Source: Cirrosporium novae-zelandiae (Eukaryota). Taken from it: 47,303 bases of DNA. The notes beneath the pieces were generated by a model. The model searched no databases. It saw nothing but the letters and a program-made list of their open reading frames with translations, and had not been told where the DNA came from. A program made the position numbers and the translations under genes. Numbering within the stretch: position 1 is the stretch's first letter; every line of letters begins with the position of its first letter. Positions 27,381 to 37,735 of this stretch are shown piece after piece. Where the stretch lies: NCBI GenBank assembly GCA_026023565.1, contig JAPETS010000043.1, positions 186,001 to 233,303 on the forward strand, written 5' to 3'.

Positions 27381-29230
27381 CTCAGCATTGACATTGACAT
27401 GGATAGCAACAAGATGTACTTTCAGTATAATTATTATTATTGATGTACTGAAGTATTGCCTATATGTCCTTTCTTTCCTTTGATGGTGATTTCAATGACT
27501 GGGGGGGGGGGGACTGGGGACAGAGTTTTTTTTTACTTACGGATAAACTAATGGGTTAGTTGAGCGGTTTGTTTGAGAAAATGGAGAATTTCCCTCGTGG
27601 GAAGCTAGGAACCAGGAAGGGTCATATAATTACCTCGGTGGTAGTTTCTACACCTTCTTCATTCCTGACTGTTTTTCTTGAGATTGAAAGAAGGATGATA
27701 GATCGCCCAAAGGCCTCGGCGGCGGGATCATGGTTGCTTTGATGGATCATTTAGTAGGAATTAGATCGCGAACCTTAACAAGTTCCGCTCATCTCCTCAT
27801 CTCCCTTCGAATCGCCTTGTCAGATGCCCTTTATCTCTTCTCCGGACTCGTCTAAGATCTTAGTGAGATTTGAACTATTAAATGAATGTCCATTTTCCAA
27901 TCCATGATATCTGACCAGTATTATACCCCCCCTCCCCCCCCATAAATGGCCATTGATCCCATCCATCATGGAATTTCTATGACTGTTCAAATCCCTTGCT
28001 TCTTCTTCTTCTTCTTCTTCTTATTCATCATCCCTTCTCCATCATCCATCCATCCACCCCCCGACTGGCAACTTACTACAAGGGGTCAAGTCTCCAAGTG
28101 CTTGTATTAGTCTCAGGTTGTTAGTTTCCTTAGTCACCTTTCAACGGGCAACGGGCGACATGGGTTGCCTGCGAGGTTACTTCTTGGCTTTAATGCTTGG
28201 AAGAAGGTCTGAGCCCATAATTTGATCCATATTATTATTGCTATTAGATCATCTAAAGATGGTCCCTAGATTGCCACACATTATATAGTCATGATAGACA
28301 ACACTATGGAAGTGCGTCGTATCTAGTCGTATCAGTCACCCTGGTTGGATGTACTTGTTACTTGGGATGGATGAATCAACTCGGACAAAACCAGGGTAGC
28401 TTGGTTCCTTAGTGACGAATCCAATGTCTGTCTTTCTTCATTAGGAAACCATCATCCGAGCAAGAGAAAAAAAGAGTGTAAGAGAGAGAGAGTAGAAGCT
28501 TCAAAATGATGGCATGGTAACATGTATGTTGTCTGAATGTCTGACTCTTCGAATTTCCAGCTGGTAAAAATGGTAACCGGACGTTTCGTAACCATTTCAA
28601 CCAACACCCACCCCCCCCCTTCTTCTTCCATTTCCTCCTCCTCCCCCCCCCTTCAAGCGTTCTCCCTCGTGTACACGATCATGTATGTAGATAGAATTTA
28701 TTGTCTTCGGCGAAAGATGTAGCTACCATGTACAACATCATTCCATGAGACATGAAGCCTAGGAAGGACCATGTTAAAAACCCCCATGTTAACCGTCGGT
28801 GCCTGCGACAACATGTAAGCCATATCTTACCGCTTCTTACACGTTGTATAATGGTCCCTCCCCTCATGAGAGATGATCCATAGCCTAATTCAGCAATGGT
28901 CAGCAACTTTAGGAAATACGTTGGAGGTTCATCGTTCGACTGAGAGAGGAAACGTTTGTAACCTGGAGGAAGGGAAAATCCCTGATAGATTTGTCAAGAA
29001 ATGGTTAGAAGAGACTTTTTATTTAAAAAAGAAGAGGGGCACTTTAGTTTGAGATAACTACGGATAGATCTGATAGTGTGTTACTGTCTTTCCTACTTGC
29101 TTTTACTTATTACCTTTTTAACTTGGCTGTACCTAAATATCTTTGCAAATGCAAGTTTACGCGATTGTTATCATGTTACTCGCCCAACTCTGCCAGCGTT
29201 GTTTGCACAATACAATAGAAGAGAGAGAGA

Positions 29231-29231
<1 letters not shown>

Positions 29232-29281
<50 letters not shown>

Positions 29282-29333
29282 TAAAAATAACAATAAAAAT
29301 AAAAATAACAATAAAAATAATAAACCAAAATAA
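29232..29333 (+). repeat. (AAT)n microsatellite grading into AAAAAT/AACAAT units
   Basis: Read directly. Confidence 0.92.
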
Positions 29334-29480
29334 TAGACCAAAATAACAAATACTTGGCAGGTACCCCTCGAAAAAAGCCCGGTCAAGTTACTTTTGCCTT
29401 AAAATGGTCATTAAGCGTAGTCTTGGTCTGGCGGTTCATCTCCGATCTCTTCGACTTCTTTGTACATGGGACCAGGACCA

Positions 29481-29510
29481 CCAAGGACCACCAAGGACCA
29501 CCAAGGACCT
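29481..29510 (+). repeat. Tandem 10-mer (CCAAGGACCA)x3 with degenerate flanking units
   Basis: ccaaggacca ccaaggacca ccaaggacct, preceded by accaggacca. Confidence 0.85.
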
Positions 29511-30638
29511 TACCAAATAATTACAAGGTCTATAAGGACTACCGGGGGCCTACCAGAACTACCAGGCCTACATGACATGGGCTTTATGGGCTATGGTTAT
29601 GGCCTATCTAATTATCTACTGTACATAACAAGGTCCGTCTTCAAATCTATCCATTCACCATCCACCACCATCCATTCATTCCCCCCCCCCCCCCATCATC
29701 AATCAACTTTCCCCCCCCCCCTCCCTCCCTCCCTCCATCCATCCCTCGATTGTTTCCGTTCCAAGCTTCCCTGCTAATCTTGCTAAAAAGTACATTCTGA
29801 ATTACCTTACCCATTTACTTAGTAACTCAAGGTGTCCAAGGGCCAAACTTACCACCTGCAGGGTCTACCACTTATCCTGGAAGGAACTGCAGCACAGTAG
29901 CGGCGCCATAGCATGCCATCTCGATCTCATCATCTTATGGGCAACAACTAAACCAGCATCTCCTCCACTCCCCAAAACATAGCCCCCCCCCCCCCCAAAA
30001 GAGAAAAAAAAAAAAAAAGAAACACCCACCACTCTCTTCCTTATTCCCTTCTACGGCAACCACGATGCATAGACGTCTTCGACTTCTCAATCTGCCACTA
30101 TTATTGTAGGAGTTTTTGATGTTTTCCTCCAGACCTTCATTCCTTTTGCATTTACCATTGTCCATAAGCCGCGCCCGCGGCCTTCGGGCCAAAACCTTCT
30201 CTGCGATTGATATAATTCCGAACCTTGGAGATATCACCATCCGTTCATCTCATCCCAAGCGCGGCTGTGCTGCCACAATCTAAATCCGCCCTTATAACCA
30301 AAAAAAAAAATAAAAAAAAAATAACCAGAGTCAATTTTTTCGTTGACAAGTTTCCGACAAACTCCGCCTGCACAAATTCACTTGTCATCATCAATCAGCT
30401 ATCAAATCCCAAACCCTTCATAGACGTCATCGCCTTCCTTCTCAAACCATTCGCCCAAAACAGTGCTCATCTAAATAAAGCTTCTCAATTGTCGCAAGAG
30501 CTCGGGATTTTCTAATTATTTTCGATTTCGCTTCTGTCTTGCGGCAGGCGACAGCAAACGCGGAAGTTCGTTGCCACCGTGGTTGTGTGGAAGAACTGGT
30601 GCATAGCAAAAAAGAACAAGCGCGGGTGCCCCTCCGCG

Positions 30639-32406
30639 ATGGAGACTGTTTCGGTGGACGGTGCCGTGAGGAAAAGGTCCGTGAAAACTTGGGAATATAC
30701 CCAATCTATTTCATCTTGTATGTGAGGAACTTGTGCTCACCCGTCATTAGCGAATCTTTGCCACCTATCAACTATCTGGATCTGGATAGGATCAAGACCG
30801 ATGGACGAGATCCTCACCAGAAGTACCAAGGTCCGGCGGCGCATCTCATTTCGGCACCACCGCTCGTGAGTCCAACCACGATGTATTCCGGACCTCCTCC
30901 GCCGTACTCTTATCCGTCATCTGCAATCACCAATCCCTCAGCACCGGGAGGATACATCTCTCCTCCAGAATCAAGACGGACTTCGGATGATGATAAAGAG
31001 CACATTGCACCTCATCGGCAGTCGCTGCCATCAATACATGAAGCTTTAGGAGTTGAAAAGAGCATTTCCTATTCCGCACCCTCATCAGCGCAAACCACAC
31101 TGCCCCCTACAAGTTTTATAACTCAGTCGAGCCATCCTGCCACTGCAATTCCCAGATCGCATCCGGAACCGCCATCGCATAGCTCTTCGAATCCCTTTTC
31201 ACATCCTCAAACTCCAGTTTCACAGTCCAAGACGGGATCGCCATTACAACCTCAGAAGCCCTCCTTTAGCAGTTACTCCCAGTCAGAGCCGCTACACCCC
31301 AGAATTGCGCAGGTAAACCCACCCGAGTCACGAATGCCAACCTTACAACCGTTGCGGACTTCTTCTCCTGCGACACATCAACGGCCAGGGCTTTCTCCAG
31401 CATATCACACACAAAATTCCGCTTACGAACAAGGACCAAGCACCGCTGGAACAATGAACTCGGCATTCGGCTATACGAACATCTCTCCCTACTCGCATGG
31501 GTCTCAGAACTCCAGCGTGCCACCTTCCGCCTACCCGTCTGCTTATCCCCACCAGGACTGGAATTATCCTCCACCTTGGAAGTCTGAACAATCGGAGACG
31601 AATGGTGCGTCTGATAGCTCGAAATTGAATACCAGGGCAGGTGCCTATGGCGTCCAACCATACGGGGAATCTGTGAAGCGTCATCTGGACATATTCGATC
31701 TCGAAGTTGCGCTGAACGAGGTATACAGCACTCGTCTATGAATGTAAGGATATGATGCTAATTTTATGCTAGATTTCGGAGAACAGTGAACGAACTCTGC
31801 AGTTTTCGCGTCACTATGGAGTCCAGGCGCATCGAAATCAGCGCGCAGGGCCCGCCCCTGGTTCCCTACCAACGCTCTCGGAAGTAGACGAGATGATGCG
31901 AAATTCTGCTCGGGTTAGTGAGTCGCTTGCGCGACTCAGGGAACTCATCATTTCGCAGCAGCATGCAATGGCGGCGGAACAACGAGCCATGGACCAAAGC
32001 TACAAGGCTGCCAATAACTACGAGGACGAGCGTAATATGTACCCGGAGGATTTCAAGGGCGGTGGGGGTTTTGCCGGGGCAGATCCCAAGAAGAGAAGAG
32101 GGGTAAGACCAACGCCACACGCATTCAAATTCCATGCTGACCGATTTGAAGCGTGCTGCGCCCCCAGGACGATGCCATAGCTGCAATCGAGCGGAAACAC
32201 CGGAATGGCGGAGAGGCCCTGATGGTGCTCGAACCCTTTGCAATGCCTGTGGTTTACGTATGGATGGCATCCCTCCTGAAAACCAACACCTTACTGACGG
32301 CATCCCAGATTACGCCAAGTTGACGCGGAAGATGGGCTCCAAACCTCCCATCGGGAGCTCCAATCTTCGACCCAAGAACACGGCAACCGGGTCTCCGCAA
32401 TCTTAG
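30639..32406 (+). CDS. nsdD: GATA zinc-finger transcription factor, NsdD/SUB-1/Ams2-like developmental regulator
   Basis: Exons 30639-30676, 30751-31720, 31773-32102, 32152-32257, 32309-32406. [65 protein letters not shown], and [48 protein letters not shown] (C-X2-C-X18-C-X2-C). Exon 1 is the least certain part. Confidence 0.92.
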
Positions 32407-34276
32407 AAACGCATTTGACGAACCAATGTTTCATCATTCTAATATTATTAAAGCCCATTTGAGGGGCTGGACGAACTTTCCAACAGGTTTATGGGTTTCT
32501 ATATTGAAAATGGATCAGAAAAGCTTTGAAGCTTGACTATATGGTGTTCTCTTCGGGACATTAGGGTTGATATCATCATCATCAGGCGCTATACAGTGAT
32601 GACATGCATTGCAGGAGTTTGCTCAAGAATCAGGGTCACAAGGAATGCGCGCGCCTGCCTTTATTAGAGGCTTTTTTATGATATCCCCTTTGCAATCAGA
32701 TTTCGGTGGATTCTTATTGGGAGGGATCAAAGTGTCCTGGGCGTGCTTATGACTTTTTACCGGCTATGGGGGGATCTTTCGCTTTTTGGGGGGTGCTTTG
32801 TACGAGGTTACGTTTTTCTGATGGGAAAAGATGTTGGTCTTGCGTGGAATTTAGGAATTATACAAGCGGGAACGCCTTGTACATACTTTGATACTTACCG
32901 ACAGGGACACCTTGCGACTGCTGTCAGCAACAGCTCAGCGGGAATATTTTTTACTAGACTTTATTTACCAAGTCAGCATTTAATCAGATACTCATGGCAT
33001 CAATGTTGATCGGAATGGAATCTCCCAGTGGCTGCCTTGTCTTTCAGGGGGGGTGCATTGCTAGAAGCCAGAGCGCTTGCGGTTCGTCGCTTCAAGGAAG
33101 CAGAGTGCTGACGAAAAGGTCACCGTGTTGCATGCTGCAAGCTCCCCTCCAGGACACGTTTCCACGGACCTCTGTCAAGACTTGACAACGGGATATTGCA
33201 GGATACCTGGAACCAATGATGGGGGGGAAGGATCAAGACCAATTTACTGGGAGTGTGACGTATCGTACCATAAAAAGGACTTGTTTCCCACATGCTACCT
33301 TGGTGTGCACCGCAATCACAAGTTGGTTTGAGTATCGAGGGAGGGTTTTTGTTTTATTGATGTAACGAGATGATAGGTCATTTATAATCGGACGTCCGGT
33401 TCTGGTTTCTTTCAGCCCTAATTGATCTTTAATTGATAGAAGTCTTAGCAATCCAACGGACCAAAGTAGGAAATCACAGAGCGGACCATAAAAAGTAGAT
33501 GACGCTAACCCTGATCTGGTTTCGCGTTCCCGGGTCAGCAGTTCTTCATTGCCAAGACGTTTGGATTAGACGCTAAACATCTTCGTCATTGAACTCAACG
33601 TTGAGTTGAGGCTGCTTAACTCCGCAAAAGCATGACAGGATCAGTCAGTGAGGCATCCTGAGCAGAAAACAAAAAAGTTCATTTGAATTAATAATCATCA
33701 CATTAGAGTCCGCCCTACACACCTATTATCCTATGATCTTGTCATTTTCTTCTCTCTTTCCCTGTTCTCTCTGTACCTTGTGGTAAAACTATGGTCTCTT
33801 GTTATTCCACCCGTATTGATTATTCTCATCAAGTCTATTACCAAAGCACCCCCTCCATTGTTCTCGGCTAAAGGTTGAGTGAGTTCATCAAGTCCCTGGT
33901 TCGAGAAAAATCCACCCACCAGAGCCGCGGAGACCAGAGGGACCAATCAATAATAACCTTGATGAATTCTAATATCCATTCCTCCATTACTTCTTACATT
34001 ACATCTTCATGTAATAGCCGCCGATATCATTTGATGCGTATCGTGGGAGGACCTGAGAGAGAATAGTCAATCTTTTCTACTTGTCTGAGTGCTCAGTGCC
34101 CAAGGGACAAGACCTCTCTTGTGAAGCATCTTTCTATTAATGCCGAGGGCCTGAAATCGAGGATAACCTTTTTATCTCACGCGGCATTTACTTTCTATCC
34201 GTCTTTTTAGACCACCTGCAGATTTTGATCCCGCATTGGAAGGCCTCAGTGTGCTTGATTCGGCAATTATCGCGCA

Positions 34277-36599
34277 ATGGGACTTTTGTATGAGCATATT
34301 CGTTCATCCAGTAGGATGATTGTTTACTAACAACCTTTTCTGCTAGAGCTCTTGGGACACCACTCGATTGGCCTGAAGCCAAGAAAAATGCCGCCTTGGT
34401 TCGCAAATGGGGGATAGAGGTAGACTGTTTGCGACATTTCACATGAATTTATGCTGACCTTGATATCTAGCAATTGCTGGCAATCTGGAATAGAGCGAAA
34501 GGAAAAGAAAGAGATGCTTTATTGTGGGGAGACGAGGTAAGGCTACACATCATCGAAGCAAGGGTGGGTCTAATTCAACGTCTCCAGATTGAATATCTAG
34601 TAGTAGTTCTTGACGATAAGAACCGACGCGTAAAACTGTCTTTGCGACAGGCTGATATTCTCGAAGCTCTTGCTCGAGATGAAGCGCTGCAAGACAAAGG
34701 TGGCTGTGTACCAGATTTGCAGGATCTTCCAAGGTAGTAGTATCTATGCATCATCAAGAAGCGGCTTCTGATATTTAATAGAAAGCATGATGCCCTACCC
34801 ACATTCCACCCCGAGTTTGGACGGTTCATGCTTGAAGCAACCCCAGGTAAGCCATGGGGGATAGGGTTCAAAGATCTCCTTGATGTCGAGCCAAACATGA
34901 AGTGGCGGTTCGTTGTCCCCTTTTTCCGCGCATCTTCACCACTTATTGAAATTGTAGGCGTATCATTGCCAAGGATCATATGGAGGCAAATGAATATCCT
35001 ATCACGCTTACAACATTTCCACGACTTGGGACCAAGGACTCGCTCTTCCCCGACTATCCGGTTTCTGGTGAGAAGCTTCGCTCGCAATTTGTCCCGGACG
35101 AAATTGCCAATCCCCATATACGGTTCCCCACGTTGGCTGCTAATATTAGAACTCGCCGGGGCCGAAAGGTCGAGATCAATGTCCCCGTTTTCAAAGATGA
35201 AAACACTTCTTGGCCATTCAAAGATCCTACCGTCAACTATGATTTGCAAAGATGGCCCGAAGATGCTGATGTTCGAAACGGTGCCGCCAAAGACAACCAT
35301 ATTTATATGGATGCCATGGCTTTTGGTATGGGAAGTTGTTGTCTCCAGATTACATTTCAGGCCAAGAACATCACCGAAGGTCGTACTCTCTATGACCAGT
35401 TGAGTCCCCTTGGTCCTATTATGCTGGCCCTGACAGCAGCAACACCCATCTACAAAGGATTTCTGGCAGATACGGATGTACGCTGGAATCAAATTAGTCG
35501 TGCGGTAGACGATAGAACACCCGAGGAACTCGGAGAGAAGGTTAGTTGTCGAGCTTTTGAGACCATGAGGTAGACTAATTATGATAAGCCTTTGGAACAT
35601 GATCGCTGGGTTCTTCCCAAGTCCAGGTATGCGTCAAATTCGACATATATCGCGCAAGACCCACGACTACGCAAGGAGTATCTGGATCCAGACTTGGTCG
35701 TAGATGAGGACCTGAAGAAACGACTCATCGATGGTGGCATGGACGACCTCCTCGCTACCCACTTTGCTCATCTATTTATTCGAGACCCAATCGTCATCTT
35801 CTCTGAAGATTTGCAGGAACTCGATCTGAACAAGACGGACCATTTTGAGAACCTTCAGTCAACAAATTGGCAGCACATGCGATTCAAGCCCCCACCACCT
35901 GATAAGGACACGGGTTGGAGGGTTGAATTCAGACCGATGGAGATTCAAATTACCGACTTTGAAAATGCCGCCTTCAGCATCTTCATCGTTCTAGTAACTC
36001 GCGCCATCCTTAGTTTCGACCTCAACTTCTATATTCCTATCCCGAAAACCACTGCCAACATGAAGACAGCTCATGCCCGTGATGCCGTTCTAAATGAGAA
36101 ATTCTATTTCCGAAAGGATCCCTTCCCTCCAAGGCTAACTAGAACCCCTGTAGGTACCCATTCAGGCCCTGGTTCTCCTCTAGGTAGCAGACCCCCTACT
36201 CCTGTTGGGCCTGTGGATGATGAATACGAGCTCATGACGGTTGATGAAATCATTAACGGCCAAACCCAGCGGACAGATGAATCAGGCTTCCCCGGACTGA
36301 TTCCGTTGGTGGAAAGCTACCTGAACTCTGTGAATGTGGATGTAGAAACAAGATGCAATCTCGCCCGATACCTCGACCTCATTCGTAGCAGAGCAAATGG
36401 ATCTTTGTGGACCGCTTCCAAGTGGATCAGAGAATATGTGCGGAATCATCCCGATTACAAAAGGGATAGTGTTGTGAGTGAGGGGATTGCTTATGACTTG
36501 GTCAAAGCGACAGAGGATATCACGCATTCAGAAGGAAAAAGCGGAACAATTGGACATGAGATGTTTCGTAAAGCATCCAAAAAGCAGCATAGAACATAG
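34277..36599 (+). CDS. GSH1: Glutamate-cysteine ligase catalytic subunit (gamma-glutamylcysteine synthetase)
   Basis: Exons 34277-34287, 34347-34419, 34471-34536, 34588-34733, 34782-34907, 34958-35540, 35589-36599. MGLLALGTPLDW, LLWGDEIEY, FHPEFGRFMLEATPG, HIYMDAMAFGMGSCCLQITFQ, HFENLQSTNWQHMRFKPPP, GWRVEFRPME. Confidence 0.97.
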
Positions 36600-36855
36600 A
36601 ATAGAATTAGCATACCACTCAAACAGAACCGAATAGACGATCTTCGCATTATCATCTTACTCTAGCAATTCGTTCTGGGTTGATATACAAAGGTAGATGA
36701 AGACCCAATGGATCGATAACCTGAGCCTGGCTAGTCTGACTGCACCAATCCACGACCTGCAGACCACCCAGTTATCATTTGATCCCAATTCCAGCAAGCG
36801 CATAGAGATATCAACACCACAACCTTGTTACATGATATGCACACTTCTTCGAAGA

Positions 36856-37335
36856 TTAGTTGAATCTCTCTGCATTTCTTGCAGCTCTGAGCTCGTCCAT
36901 CTTTGCAACCCGCTTTTTGAATTCCTCGTATTGACATTTCTCATAGGTATGCCTCTCGTTCTATAGATCAACCCTTAGCGTCCGCGGCTTCATGCGGCAT
37001 TTGTATCCCGATCAAAGTTGACAAACCTCGCATTTCCAAGGCAAATAGAATTCCTTGTGTCGACAGCGGTTGAGGGGGATGAGCAGGTGTGCACAGCTAT
37101 CTCGATAGGCAAGGGGCAGACGGGCTTCGGACATTTGATCATGGGTAGCCGCTGGACCAAGGGTCAGTAAACATATCTATCCCGAGAGGTCTAGCAACGG
37201 TGCCTATAGAGAGGGTGGAGGGACAAATAATGATAAGGCGGATTTGTTTCAATGAATTGAATTTGTAGCGGGCGCAAGGCACTTACTCTGCTCGCCTAGC
37301 CCGACGGCATTTTTGACAGTCTCCGCGACCGTCAT
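36856..37335 (-). CDS. NDUFB7: NADH:ubiquinone oxidoreductase (complex I) B18 subunit
   Basis: Exons 37335-37287, 37151-37027, 36960-36856 give MTVAETVKNAVGLGEQTATHDQMSEARLPLAYRDSCAHLLIPLNRCRHKEFYLPWKCENERHTYEKCQYEEFKKRVAKMDELRAARNAERFN*, with twin CX9C motifs. Not in the ORF track because it is split by introns. Confidence 0.93.
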
Positions 37336-37596
37336 GATTTGGGAGTTGAGATTTCGAGTATATATGTGGTTATCAACCCAATTGTTGTTATTGGTAAGGT
37401 GTTGAGCTTGATCTAAAGCAACTGGCGGAGGTCACGGAAGATCCCGTGATGCGATCCGAGATCCGCCAGGAAAATAGTGAAACCTAATCTGGTCAACAGA
37501 GACGCGCACCGAGCGCGTCGCCCACTCCCACTACTCCTCATATTTACCAGTTCACCACGTTTCTGGCCGGTAACATTACTTCTGACTCGATTTTCT

Positions 37597-37602
37597 ACGC
37601 GT
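37597..37602. promoter_or_regulatory. MCB element (ACGCGT) in the divergent NDUFB7/MBP1 promoter
   Basis: Perfect ACGCGT about 135 bp upstream of the MBP1 ATG; further CGCG cores at 37503 and 37514. Confidence 0.5.
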
Positions 37603-37735
37603 CACGTACTGCTCGTTCTACTATTGAACCACATCATCTCGAAACTTTATCTTTCGTGATTTTCGGTTCGACGAGGATACTTTCGGTAACTAATGCATTG
37701 TCGGGCAAGTGCCTGAAAGAAAGATATTGCCCATT

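Noticed and set aside
7461..29510. Short tandem repeats as a CRISPR-like array
   Set aside because: Eukaryotic context, units of only 9-11 bp, no unique spacers and no cas genes.
30539..30750. ORF-track N-terminus of the 400-aa nsdD ORF (TTG start at 30539)
   Set aside because: Better explained by ATG 30639 plus intron 30677-30750; the read-through segment includes intron-like sequence with a branch motif and TAG acceptor.
34324..34330. TTACTAA, a Yap1-type response element, in GSH1 intron 1
   Set aside because: It coincides with the TACTAAC branch point, which explains it fully.
34575..35600. 341-aa antisense ORF over GSH1 (also antisense ORFs over PSD2, DSN1, nsdD, MBP1 and DCG1)
   Set aside because: Shadow frames of well-conserved sense genes, with no recognisable motifs.
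37152..37286. Longer-than-usual NDUFB7 intron 1 (135 nt) as a possible stwintron or microexon host
   Set aside because: A single GT-AG excision restores the frame; I found no convincing internal donor/branch/acceptor set.
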